This document shows, in pieces, positions 51,758 to 61,648 of a stretch of 64,000 nucleotides of DNA. The translations under genes were made by a program, and so were the position numbers. The stretch covers positions 640,001 to 704,000 of the forward strand of contig CAWEQH010000004.1 in assembly GCA_963811165.1 (NCBI GenBank), in the 5' to 3' direction. This stretch comes from an uncultured Nitrospiraceae bacterium (GTDB taxonomy: Bacteria > Nitrospirota > Thermodesulfovibrionia > Thermodesulfovibrionales > UBA6898). Each line of letters begins with the position of its first letter. The first letter of the stretch is position 1. Under the pieces are notes generated by a model. The model was not told where the DNA came from and made no database searches. It was given only the letters and a program-made list of their open reading frames with translations.

Positions 51758-52666
51758 TTACCTCTGTTCCACTGCGTATCCTTTTGCCCTCAGCAACTCG
51801 ATAATGCCTTTTTTCCCGACGAGATGGGCTGCCCCCACAATGACGAAACAGGTGTCTTTTGACCGGAGGAAGTCCTCGACCTTGGCCGCCATGCTCCGGT
51901 TCCTTGCATAAATGAGTTTCTCGTAGATAGACGCCATCTCCTGGTCCGGGCCGTAACCCTTTGCCATTATCGACTCCAGTCCCTTCGCATCTCCGGTCCT
52001 CCAGGCCTGAAGCAGCCTGTCCGATTCTGTGTCCAGGGTGTCCAATTCCTTTATCGTATGGACCAGGAATGCTTCCTGTTCGGCATCGGAGAAATTGTTC
52101 AGAAGGTCCGCCTGCTGATCGATACTCTCCAGTTCCACGATCCTCTTCTGGGCCGCCTTCGAGAGGAAGTGCATGTCTATGCCGTATTGTGGTTCGAAGC
52201 CGGATTTAAGCAGCTCAAGCGCGGTAAGCGTCAACGCCAGAAACCATGGCTTCTCCTTGGCCAGGATCTCCGCGGGAAGGCCGTACTTCCCGAATTCACC
52301 CGTCACCAGCTCGTACGTCTGGCGCGATACATGCTTTTCGATCGTATCTTCGCCAGGATAAAATACGCTGTCTATGAACTTCGAGAAATAGAGTTTGTCG
52401 GGGTCGTTCACGTTCGCCTCGACCGCCAGGACGTTTGACCTGCTGAAGGCGTCTTCTATTGAGATAGGTAACGGGTAGGCGTCTTTTCTCAGGTAATGGA
52501 TCGAACCCAGAAGATATACCGTGGCGGTCTTCGAAGTGGCCTTCCACATAAAGTTTTTTTGAGAGGCCGGTTCGGCGTGCCGGGGACTGAGAAACGCGGC
52601 GGATACGAAGATAATAAAAAAGACGCACAATAATTTCAGGTTCTTGGTTATCGTGAGCGGTTTCAT
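51758..52666 (-). CDS. TraB/GumN family protein
   Basis: Signal peptide, YLLGSIH, GID, ELES..QQ, RN..M, VGAAHL.G. Confidence 0.9.
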   Translation of the reverse strand: MKPLTITKNLKLLCVFFIIFVSAAFLSPRHAEPASQKNFMWKATSKTATVYLLGSIHYLRKDAYPLPISIEDAFSRSNVLAVEANVNDPDKLYFSKFIDSVFYPGEDTIEKHVSRQTYELVTGEFGKYGLPAEILAKEKPWFLALTLTALELLKSGFEPQYGIDMHFLSKAAQKRIVELESIDQQADLLNNFSDAEQEAFLVHTIKELDTLDTESDRLLQAWRTGDAKGLESIMAKGYGPDQEMASIYEKLIYARNRSMAAKVEDFLRSKDTCFVIVGAAHLVGKKGIIELLRAKGYAVEQR

Positions 52667-52736
52667 ATGCGCAAATTATACCACGGACTTTGGCAAAGCG
52701 ATTTTTTTTCAGCCGACGGACCTCTTGGGCAAGTTC

Positions 52737-52760
52737 GGGCGTGGTTAATCACGCCCCTAC
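52737..52760 (-). repeat. REP-like element (GTAG plus palindrome)
   Basis: Minus strand GTAG-GGGCGTGATTAACCACGCCC; single copy in the window. Confidence 0.5.
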
Positions 52761-53034
52761 TGCAACTCCGAATGCCCGACACCTCACCTAGCCTATAGTA
52801 TTCATGCGGGAAGAAGGGGACTGTCTTTGAGCGGCTTCAATTTCTCGTATTGACCCGCTGGCGGGTCGAGAAATTGCCTCGGAGGTCGATTCGACCGAGA
52901 ATGATGAGCGAAAAGATTGTCCCCTTCTTCCGATGCCCACTGCCGTGGAGACGGCAAATTGACTGTGGCTGCACCTCATGATATTCTTTTGTCAAAGATT
53001 GCAGCCGCTCAAAAATATAGAATGAGGAGGGCCT

Positions 53035-54312
53035 ATGCCTTTTAATTTCGTATTGCCCGACCTGGGCGAGGGAATCACCGAGGGAGAGGTAAGGAAGTGG
53101 ATCGTCAAGGAAGGGGACAACGTCGAGGAACATCAGACCGTACTTGAGATAGAGACGGACAAGGCTGTCGTTGAGGTGCCCTCTCCAAGAAAGGGAAGGG
53201 TTCTGAAAATCAACAAAGAAGTCGGCGAGATCGCCAAGGTGGGCGATGTACTGATGTCAATTGCCGAAGAGGGCGAGGCGGTCGAAGAAAAGAAGCCGGC
53301 CGAAGCGAAAAAGGCTGGAGAGAAAAAAGAGGAAAAGGAAAAATCTGTTTCGGTTGTAGGCGTGCTGCCTGAGGAAGAGGAAGAAGCCGAACCGCGGAAA
53401 AAGGAAAAGGAGAAATCGGTTTCGGCCGCAGGTGTGCCGTCTGAAGGGGAAGAAACAGTGCTTGCGACACCGGCCGTCAGGGCCGCGGCAAAGGAACTAG
53501 GCGTAGACCTTTCGAAGGTGAAGGGGACGGGCCCCGAGGGGAGCATCACAAAGGAAGACCTGGCTTCAGCCGCCCCATCGAAGGAAAAAAGGGCCGAGGA
53601 CGTATTCGGGCCGGTGGAACGCATGCCGCTCAGGGGCCTCAGAAGGACGATAGCCAAGAACCTTATCGCTTCGCAAAAGACCACAGCGTTTGTGACAGGG
53701 ATGAACGAGGTGGACATCACGGACCTTTGGGACCTGAGGGAGAAGGAGAAAAAGCCGCTTTTGGAAAAGGGGGTCCATCTTACCTTTCTGCCTTTTTTTA
53801 TCAAGGCCGTCATCCACGCCCTTGCCGAGCACCCGATGCTCAATTCCTCTCTCGATGACGAAAGGGAAGAAATCGTCATAAAGAAATATTACGCAATCGG
53901 TGTTGCGGTGGATACCCCCGACGGACTCATGGTGCCGGTCATAAAGAACCCCGCCGGCAAAACGATCCTCGAACTTTCCCTTGAGATCCAGGACCTGAGC
54001 GTGAAGGCGAGGGAAAGAAAAATAAAACTCGAGGAGATGAAGGGCGGCACCTTCACGATAACGAACTACGGCCATTTCGGCGGCTATTTCGCCACCCCGA
54101 TCATCAACTATCCCGAGGCCGCGATCCTGGGGACAGGCATGATAACAGAAAAGCCGTGGGTAAAAAACGGCAAGATCGTCGTACGAAAGATCCTGCCGCT
54201 TTCGCTCACCTTCGACCACAGACTGACAGACGGCGTCGACGCGTCAAGGTTCCTTGCGAAGGTGTCGGGGTATCTGGAAGACCCGGCCCTGATATTCATC
54301 GAAAGCGCATGA
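53035..54312 (+). CDS. pdhC: Dihydrolipoamide acyltransferase E2
   Basis: Lipoyl ETDKA, PSBD ATPAVR...GTGPEG.I, catalytic FDHRL.DG. Confidence 0.9.
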   Translation: MPFNFVLPDLGEGITEGEVRKWIVKEGDNVEEHQTVLEIETDKAVVEVPSPRKGRVLKINKEVGEIAKVGDVLMSIAEEGEAVEEKKPAEAKKAGEKKEEKEKSVSVVGVLPEEEEEAEPRKKEKEKSVSAAGVPSEGEETVLATPAVRAAAKELGVDLSKVKGTGPEGSITKEDLASAAPSKEKRAEDVFGPVERMPLRGLRRTIAKNLIASQKTTAFVTGMNEVDITDLWDLREKEKKPLLEKGVHLTFLPFFIKAVIHALAEHPMLNSSLDDEREEIVIKKYYAIGVAVDTPDGLMVPVIKNPAGKTILELSLEIQDLSVKARERKIKLEEMKGGTFTITNYGHFGGYFATPIINYPEAAILGTGMITEKPWVKNGKIVVRKILPLSLTFDHRLTDGVDASRFLAKVSGYLEDPALIFIESA

Positions 54313-55643
54313 GGCCTCTTACCCCTCTTTTCGAGCCGAAATCCATCGCCCTTGTCGGCGCCGCCCATACAGAGACGAGGCTCGGCGGGGTTGTGCTCAA
54401 GAATCTCCTTGGGTTTAAGGGGAAGGTCTATCCCGTAAACCCCAAGTATGACGAACTAATGGGAATCAAGGCATATCGAAGCATTGCCGATATCCCGGAG
54501 ACCGTGGACCTCGCACTGGTCTTGAGGCCTGCCCCGGAAGTGCCTGAAATACTCAGGGAATTTAAGGAAAAGGCGAGGTGCGTGATCGTGATGAGCTCGG
54601 GCTTTGCGGAGGTGGGCGAGACCGCCCTCCAAGACGAGGCGGGGCGCGCCGCAAAGGATGCCGGTTTCAGGGTCGTAGGTCCCAACTGCATGGGGCTCTA
54701 TAATCCCCACCGCTCGCTCGATACTTTTTTTCTGCCGAAGGAGAGGCTCCGAAGACCAAAGAGGGGCAATGTAGCGATAGTCTCGCAAAGCGGCGCGATC
54801 CTGTCCTGTCTTTTGGGCGCGCTCCAGGAAGCCAACGCCGGCGTGTCGAAGGCCATCGGCTACGGAAACGCGATCGATGTCGCGGAATCGGACCTCTACG
54901 ACTATCTCGCCCATGATAAAAAGACCGAGGTGGTTGTCTCTTATATCGAGTCGGTTGGCGACGGCAGGAGGTTCATCGAAAGCGCAAGGGAATTGACCGG
55001 AAAAAAACCGCTTCTCGTTCTTAAATCGGGCAAGGGGGCGGGCGGACAGGCGGCTGCCTTTTCCCACACCGGCAGGCTTGCGGGCAGGTATGAGGTCTTT
55101 CATTCCATAGTAAGGCAATCCGGCATACGCGAGGTCTCTGATTTCGACGAGCTCATGGAAGCGACCAAGGCGCTGTCGTATCAGAGGCAGTCAAAGGGAA
55201 ACAGGGTCTGCATTATCACCAACGGGGGAGGGTCCGGTGTGCTTGCGGCGGATGAATGCATGAGACAGGGACTTGATGTGGTCGGCATATCTGCCGAAAA
55301 GAAAGCGCGGCTTCACCGTCTCTTCCCGAATTTCTTTGTGGTCAATAACCCCGTGGACCTGACCGCTCAGGTGACGGACGAAGACTATGTAACAGTGCTC
55401 GATGAACTCGCCGATGATTACGACGGTTTTCTTATCATCTCCCTTCCTAACGTCTCCGGTATTACCGTAAATCTGGGAGATCTGCTCGCAAAGGCAAAGA
55501 AAGATTTGGACAAGCCTATCACCGCCAATATAGCCCAGAGCGGGATTACCGGAAAGATCATCTCTATACTCGAAAGGGCAAGGATACCGGTATATCCCTC
55601 CCCCGAAAGTGCGGTAAAGGGACTGAAGGCATTATTGTCGTAG
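54309..55643 (+). CDS. ADP-forming acyl-CoA synthetase alpha-subunit-like protein (CoA-binding)
   Basis: PKSIALVGA, YPVNP, GFAE, GPNCMG, SQSG, SHTG phospho-His, NGGGSGV, NPVDL; ATGA overlap with E2. Confidence 0.87.
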   Translation: MRPLTPLFEPKSIALVGAAHTETRLGGVVLKNLLGFKGKVYPVNPKYDELMGIKAYRSIADIPETVDLALVLRPAPEVPEILREFKEKARCVIVMSSGFAEVGETALQDEAGRAAKDAGFRVVGPNCMGLYNPHRSLDTFFLPKERLRRPKRGNVAIVSQSGAILSCLLGALQEANAGVSKAIGYGNAIDVAESDLYDYLAHDKKTEVVVSYIESVGDGRRFIESARELTGKKPLLVLKSGKGAGGQAAAFSHTGRLAGRYEVFHSIVRQSGIREVSDFDELMEATKALSYQRQSKGNRVCIITNGGGSGVLAADECMRQGLDVVGISAEKKARLHRLFPNFFVVNNPVDLTAQVTDEDYVTVLDELADDYDGFLIISLPNVSGITVNLGDLLAKAKKDLDKPITANIAQSGITGKIISILERARIPVYPSPESAVKGLKALLS

Positions 55644-55769
55644 AGGTTCAACTTATGCAGAGCCACGTTCCAAAAAACTTTATGATGTCGTGCCATCCCC
55701 TGGATTTTGTCCTCAAAACCGCATGAATTTTAAAGACAATAATCCCCGTTTGCATTATAATTACATAAG

Positions 55770-56492
55770 ATGAAAAAAGGTATTTACATACTGCCCAATT
55801 CCCTCACCCTTTGCGGCATGTTTTTCGGCTTCTTTTCGATACTTAATGCGATCAAGGGAAACTTCGAATTTGCCGCGTGGGCCATTTTTATTGCGGGCGT
55901 CTTTGACGGACTCGACGGATGGGTGGCACGGCTTACGAACAGCACCACAAGATTCGGCATTGAACTCGATTCACTTTCCGACCTCGTTGCCTTCGGAGTT
56001 GCGCCTTCTGTGCTGGTATATAAATGGTCGATCTCCCCTTTCGGCAGGATAGGATTTGCGGCCGCATTCCTGTTTACCGCGTGCGGGGCGTTGAGGCTGG
56101 CACGTTACAACGTACAGATGGGGTCTGCTGAATCGAAGGCGTTCACAGGAATGCCGATCCCGGGGGCGGCTGGCGTGCTTGGGGCGATGGTGCTGTTCTA
56201 TGAAAAAATCTGGCATGGGGTGCCCGAGGGAAATATATTCATGCTGATCCTCACCATATTCCTTTCGATTCTTATGGTCAGTACGCTGAGGTTCCACGGC
56301 CTGAAGGAGATCGATTTCAAAAAGAGAAAACCCTTCTCGATACTGGTGGTGATTGTGGTCGTCTTTGTGGCGTTTGTGACCCATCCCCCTCAGACGCTTT
56401 TTGTTTTCGCGATGGTCTACCTTGCCTGGGGAATTATTGAAAATATATACTTGATATACCGTAAACGGAAAAAACAGGTTGTCAGAGGATAA
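55770..56492 (+). CDS. pssA: CDP-diacylglycerol--serine O-phosphatidyltransferase
   Basis: LPNSLT, DGLDGWVAR...FG.ELDSLSD, LRLARYN. Confidence 0.93.
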   Translation: MKKGIYILPNSLTLCGMFFGFFSILNAIKGNFEFAAWAIFIAGVFDGLDGWVARLTNSTTRFGIELDSLSDLVAFGVAPSVLVYKWSISPFGRIGFAAAFLFTACGALRLARYNVQMGSAESKAFTGMPIPGAAGVLGAMVLFYEKIWHGVPEGNIFMLILTIFLSILMVSTLRFHGLKEIDFKKRKPFSILVVIVVVFVAFVTHPPQTLFVFAMVYLAWGIIENIYLIYRKRKKQVVRG

Positions 56493-56495
56493 GTC

Positions 56496-58001
56496 ATGAG
56501 AAAGATAAGGATTTTCGATACGACTCTGCGCGACGGAGAACAGTCGCCGGGGGCGTCCATGAATGTCGAGGAAAAGATCCAGGTGGCCAAACAGCTTGCC
56601 AGCCTGAGGGTGGACATTATCGAGGCGGGTTTTGCGATAAGTTCCCCGGGAGACTTTGAGGCGATAAAGAGGATAGGCGGCGAAATAGAGGGTCCTATCG
56701 TCTGCAGTCTTGCAAGGGCCAAAGAGGAAGACATCACGCGGGCCTGGGAGGCACTGAAGGACGCACCGAAAAGGCGGATCCATACCTTTCATTCGACATC
56801 CGACATCCATCTGAAATACCAGTTCAGGGTGAGCAGGGAGGAAGCCCTGAAGAGGTCCGTTACGATGGTGCAACTGGCGAGGAGCTATGTGGAAGACGTC
56901 GAATTCTCTCCGATGGATGCCACGAGGACAGAGCTCGGCTACCTTCTGGAAGTGGTTGAGGCGGTTGTTGCCGCAGGGGCCTCCACGGTGAATATTCCCG
57001 ACACGGTCGGCTATACCACCCCGCAGGAGTTCGGTGAGATCATCAGCGCAATCAAAAAAGTGATAGGCGATAAGGCGGTGATCTCGGTCCATTGCCATAA
57101 CGACCTCGGTCTTGCCGTCGCAAATTCCCTGGCCGCGATCTCAAACGGCGCCGGACAGGTGGAATGTACCATTAACGGTATCGGCGAAAGGGCCGGCAAT
57201 TGTTCCATGGAAGAGGTCGTCATGGCGCTAAAGACGCGAAAAGATTTCTTCAATGCCGGCACCGGCATCAATACCAAAGAGATCGTCCGTACGAGCAGGC
57301 TTGTATCGAAGATAACGGGCATACCTGTTCAGCCCAACAAGGCGATCGTGGGCGCTAATGCCTTTGCCCATGAGTCGGGAATACATCAGGACGGCCTTTT
57401 AAAGGAAAAAATAACGTACGAGATCATGAGGCCCGAGGATATCGGCCTGCAGAGCACAAAACTCGTGATGGGAAAGCACTCCGGCAGGCATGCCTTTAAG
57501 ACCCGGCTCAAGGAACTGGGCTTTGCGCTGAGCCAGGAGGAATTGGACAGTCTCTTCGAGAAGTTCAAGCGGCTTGCCGACCAGAAGAAGGACATATATG
57601 ACGAAGACCTCGAGGCGCTTGTTTCAGAGGCGACCGCCAGGACGCCTGAACGATACAGCCTCGTAGATCTCAGTGTTACGAGCGGGCTTACCCAGAAACC
57701 TACGGCCATGGTCAAGATAAAGATTGGCGAGGAGATCTTCGACAGGATGGAGCACGGCGACGGCCCTGTCGATGCTACCTATAAGGCGATAGTGGCGATC
57801 ACCAGGACGGAGAGTACGCTTCTAAAATTTGAAGTCAAGAGCATCACCGGCGGTACGGATGCGCTTGGAGAGGTCTCGGTCTCCCTCGAGGAAGAGGGCA
57901 GGGTCGTCAGGGGAAACGGGGCCGATACGGACATCATCGTTGCCGCGGCAAAGGCATACATAGACGCCCTGAACAAACTTGCGGCGCGGAAGACCGCATA
58001 A
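56496..58001 (+). CDS. leuA: 2-isopropylmalate synthase
   Basis: DTTLRDGEQ, HCHNDLG, GIGERAGN, HESGIHQDG, C-terminal regulatory domain GPVDA. Confidence 0.96.
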   Translation: MRKIRIFDTTLRDGEQSPGASMNVEEKIQVAKQLASLRVDIIEAGFAISSPGDFEAIKRIGGEIEGPIVCSLARAKEEDITRAWEALKDAPKRRIHTFHSTSDIHLKYQFRVSREEALKRSVTMVQLARSYVEDVEFSPMDATRTELGYLLEVVEAVVAAGASTVNIPDTVGYTTPQEFGEIISAIKKVIGDKAVISVHCHNDLGLAVANSLAAISNGAGQVECTINGIGERAGNCSMEEVVMALKTRKDFFNAGTGINTKEIVRTSRLVSKITGIPVQPNKAIVGANAFAHESGIHQDGLLKEKITYEIMRPEDIGLQSTKLVMGKHSGRHAFKTRLKELGFALSQEELDSLFEKFKRLADQKKDIYDEDLEALVSEATARTPERYSLVDLSVTSGLTQKPTAMVKIKIGEEIFDRMEHGDGPVDATYKAIVAITRTESTLLKFEVKSITGGTDALGEVSVSLEEEGRVVRGNGADTDIIVAAAKAYIDALNKLAARKTA

Positions 58002-58094
58002 AGGGCTCTCTGCAGCAGTGCGGTAGCAAAACGGTTTGATTTTACATATAATTGTCATAACGCAATTTAAATACAGCTGATATGGAGGAAGAAT

Positions 58095-60521
58095 ATGCCG
58101 CCCAAACCACTTGGCAGCGAGGAACTTTATTCATGCTGCGACCCGGGATTATTTAAGTTTTCTACTACAGACGAACTTCCGGAACTTACCGAAACGATCG
58201 GTCAGGTCAGGGCTTTGAACGCGATAGATTTCGGGCTGAACCTCGACAGTAAGGGCTTTAACATTTACGTGCTGGGTGAAAATGGCACGGGAAAATCGAC
58301 GACGATTAAAGCTATTCTTAACAAGAAGGCGGCGGAGGAGCCGGTCCCCACAGACTGGTGCTACGTCTACAATTTCAAGGAGCCCGATATCCCGCTGGCC
58401 ATTTCCATGGAGCCGGGGAGGGCCTCGGTATTCCATAAGGACATGGAGGAGCTCATAAAGATCCTCAGGGTCGAGATACCGAAGATATTTGAGTCGAAGG
58501 AGTACGAGAAACAGAAAAACCAGATACTCGAGGAGTTTCAGCAGAAGCAGAAACAGATGTTCTCCGGACTTGAGGAGGAGGCCCAGTCCAAGGGGTTTTC
58601 GATAAGGAAAACGGTCAGCGGACTGATGATCGTACCTATCAAAAAGAGCGGCGAACCCCTTACGGAGGAAGAGTATGAGGCGCTCGATGAAAAGACAAGG
58701 GCCAAGATAGACGAGATCGGCAAGGGGCTCCAGGAGAAATTGAACGATATCGTCCGCGAGGTGAGGGAGAGTGAAAAGAACGTCAAAAACGCCCTTTCTA
58801 AGCTTGAGAGGGACGCCACGCTCTCTGCGGTCGGCCACTTTATGGAAGATCTGAAAAACAAGTATAGGGACCATGAGAAGATAACCACGTACCTCTTGGC
58901 CGTGACAGAGGACATTCTCGAACACATCGATGATTTTAAGTCCCAGGAAGAGCAGACGCCGCCCCTTCCTTTTATGAAGATGCAAAAGACGGAGCCCACG
59001 TTTACACGGTATGTCGTAAACGTCCTTGTCAACAATGAGGACTGCTCCGGGGCGCCCTGCGTTTTCGAAAGCAACCCGACGTATTTCAACCTCTTCGGAA
59101 GGCTTGAATACAGGTTCCAGTACGGCGTGGCAACGACCGATTTTTCGATGATAAAGGCCGGGTCCCTTCATAAGGCCAACGGCGGCTACCTCGTGATAAA
59201 CGCCCTTGATCTTCTGAGAAATATGTTCTCCTATGAGACGCTGAAGCGGGCGCTCAGAAACAGGGAGATCAAGATAGAGGACATCTGGGAGCAGTACCGG
59301 CTGATGTCGACGACGACCCTTAAGCCTGAGGCGATACCTCTTAACGTGAAGGTAATACTTATCGGTGTCCCGTACCTCTATTATCTGCTTTACAGCATGG
59401 ACGATGAGTACCGGGAGTTGTTCAAGGTGAAGGCCGATTTCGACAGCAGGATGGACAAGACCGCGGAAACGGTCGGGAAATATGCCTCCTTTGTCGCCAG
59501 CACCTGCAAGCAGGGAAACTACCTTCCCTTCGACCGCTCCGGCGTCTCAAAGATAGTGGAGTATGGATCGAGGCTGGCAGACCATCAGGGCAAATTGTCC
59601 TCCAGGTTCAGCGAGATCGCCGACGTGATCAGGGAGGCGAATTACTGGGCGAAGAAGGCCGGGGAAGGGGTCGTCAAGGACGAACACGTGGAAAAGGCCC
59701 TTAGGGAGCGGGTATACAGGGTCAATAAGATTGAAGAGCGCCTGCAGGAGATGATCGTAGAGGGGACCCTGATAATCGATACCGAAGGCGAGAAGGTGGG
59801 TCAGATAAACGGCCTCGCCGTTATGGGGATGGGGGACTACCAGTTCGGGAAACCTTCGAGGATCACTGCAAGTACCTACGCCGGAAAGGCCGGGGTCGTC
59901 AACATAGAGCGCGAGACGAAGATGAGCGGCAAGATTCATGAAAAGGCGGTACTTATCATTACGCATTTCATAAACAGCACATATTCCAGGAAGAAGCCCG
60001 CCAGTTTTTCGGCCTCGATAACCTTCGAGCAGCTATACGATATGATCGAGGGTGACAGCGCCTCCTGCGCGGAACTCTATGTGATTCTGAGCAGCCTTGC
60101 CGGGCTTCCCTTAAAGCAAAATCTTGCGATTACGGGGTCTATGGACCAAAACGGAGATGTCCAGCCTATAGGCGGCATAAATGAAAAGATAGAGGGGTTC
60201 TTCGATCTCTGCAAGGTCCGCGGCCTTGACGGCACGCACGGGGTGGTCATGCCGCGAAAGAACGTCAGGCACCTCATGATCAAGCAGGAGGTTGTAGAGG
60301 CGGTAAAGGAAGGGAAGTTCTTTATCTACGCGATAGACAAGGTCGGAGAGGGGATGGAGATATTCACCGGCCTGCCGATGGGAGAGCTCGGGGACGACGG
60401 GACTTATCCCGAAGGCACGGTAAATTATCTGGTGGCCAAGAGGCTTGCCGAGATATCCGAGGCGATGAAGGACAAGAAGGATGAGTCGAAGGACAAAGAA
60501 AAAGAAAACGATGACAAATGA
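58095..60521 (+). CDS. Lon-like (LonC/S16) protease with AAA_32-type domain
   Basis: IGQVRA, GENGTGKST, GSLHKANGGYL, VGQINGL, EGDSAS (Ser) and INEKIEGF (Lys) dyad. Confidence 0.9.
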   Translation: MPPKPLGSEELYSCCDPGLFKFSTTDELPELTETIGQVRALNAIDFGLNLDSKGFNIYVLGENGTGKSTTIKAILNKKAAEEPVPTDWCYVYNFKEPDIPLAISMEPGRASVFHKDMEELIKILRVEIPKIFESKEYEKQKNQILEEFQQKQKQMFSGLEEEAQSKGFSIRKTVSGLMIVPIKKSGEPLTEEEYEALDEKTRAKIDEIGKGLQEKLNDIVREVRESEKNVKNALSKLERDATLSAVGHFMEDLKNKYRDHEKITTYLLAVTEDILEHIDDFKSQEEQTPPLPFMKMQKTEPTFTRYVVNVLVNNEDCSGAPCVFESNPTYFNLFGRLEYRFQYGVATTDFSMIKAGSLHKANGGYLVINALDLLRNMFSYETLKRALRNREIKIEDIWEQYRLMSTTTLKPEAIPLNVKVILIGVPYLYYLLYSMDDEYRELFKVKADFDSRMDKTAETVGKYASFVASTCKQGNYLPFDRSGVSKIVEYGSRLADHQGKLSSRFSEIADVIREANYWAKKAGEGVVKDEHVEKALRERVYRVNKIEERLQEMIVEGTLIIDTEGEKVGQINGLAVMGMGDYQFGKPSRITASTYAGKAGVVNIERETKMSGKIHEKAVLIITHFINSTYSRKKPASFSASITFEQLYDMIEGDSASCAELYVILSSLAGLPLKQNLAITGSMDQNGDVQPIGGINEKIEGFFDLCKVRGLDGTHGVVMPRKNVRHLMIKQEVVEAVKEGKFFIYAIDKVGEGMEIFTGLPMGELGDDGTYPEGTVNYLVAKRLAEISEAMKDKKDESKDKEKENDDK

Positions 60522-61441
60522 ATCATGTCCTGTGGTTCTTACAATGTCTGCTTGTCGTAATCGCAACGCTCCCTATAGCGCTTCTGCCCCATAGGTTGTC
60601 CCTTAAGCTGGGCGAACGCCTGGGCGATCTGCTCTATCTTTGCTGGGGAAGCAGGCGGAGGATAGCGATAGAGAACCTCAAGGCTGCCGTTGCCAGGAAG
60701 GCCGTGTCGATCAGCGCCCCCCCCGAGGACGTCATTAAACAGAATTTCAGAAACCTCGGGAAGTCCTTTGCCGAGGTCGTGAAGATCTATTTCGGACTTG
60801 GTGATCAGATAATTAAAGGCGTCAAGATTAGAGGGGCGGAAAACTTCGTCAAGGCGAGCAAGCAGGGGAAAGGGACGCTCATCATTACGGGCCACTGCGG
60901 AAACTGGGAGCTAAACGCACTTGCGGCCTCCGAAAACGTGACAAAGTTACATGTAGTGGCGAGGCCTATCGACAACCCCTATCTTAACAGGCTTATAGAG
61001 AGGACCAGGAGAAAATACGGCAATAGGGTCATATATAAAAAAGGTGCGCTCAAAAAGATATTGTTCGCCCTGTCAAAAAACGAAACTGTCGTGATACTCA
61101 TGGACCAGAGTGTCGTGAGTTCCGAGGGGGTCGGCGCCGATTTTCTCGGGAAAAAAGACTATACGATGAAGACGCCGGCCGTCATCGCCATGAAGACCGG
61201 ATCGCCCGTACTGCCGGCCTTTATCAGAAGGTCGGGGGAAGGTCATATAATAGAGATCGGCGGGGAGGTGGCTCTCGAGAGGTCCGAAGGGACCGAAAAA
61301 GCGGTATATGCCAATACAGTCAAATTGTCTCAATGCATCGAGGAGTATATAAAGCAGAACCCGACGGAATGGCTTTGGATACACCGGCGCTGGAAAAGGG
61401 TAAAAGATTCCCAAGAGGGTGCGGAAAATGCGGTGCGATGA
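60518..61441 (+). CDS. Lipid A biosynthesis lauroyl/acyltransferase (LpxL/HtrB family)
   Basis: GHCGNWE, LMDQ, P.EWLWIHRRWK. Confidence 0.9.
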   Translation: MNHVLWFLQCLLVVIATLPIALLPHRLSLKLGERLGDLLYLCWGSRRRIAIENLKAAVARKAVSISAPPEDVIKQNFRNLGKSFAEVVKIYFGLGDQIIKGVKIRGAENFVKASKQGKGTLIITGHCGNWELNALAASENVTKLHVVARPIDNPYLNRLIERTRRKYGNRVIYKKGALKKILFALSKNETVVILMDQSVVSSEGVGADFLGKKDYTMKTPAVIAMKTGSPVLPAFIRRSGEGHIIEIGGEVALERSEGTEKAVYANTVKLSQCIEEYIKQNPTEWLWIHRRWKRVKDSQEGAENAVR

Positions 61442-61535
61442 AACTTGCGGCTTTGTGAATTTTCCAGACCAAGCTCTTTAACCGGCGGCACCCGGCTGTC
61501 TTTAAAAAACCATTATTAAAACATAAACAGACCCC

Positions 61536-61573
61536 AAAAAGCACCTGTCAATATTGACAGGTGCTTTTTTTTT
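61536..61573. terminator. Perfect 34-bp inverted repeat with A/T tails (bidirectional terminator-like)
   Basis: AAAAAGCACCTGTCAAT|ATTGACAGGTGCTTTTT followed by further Ts. Confidence 0.7.
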
Positions 61574-61648
61574 CGGGATAGGCTAATACATTATGAGCAA
61601 GAACAGGGGATGTTTTTAAAACCATATTCCAGGGGTTCGGGGGGAAAA

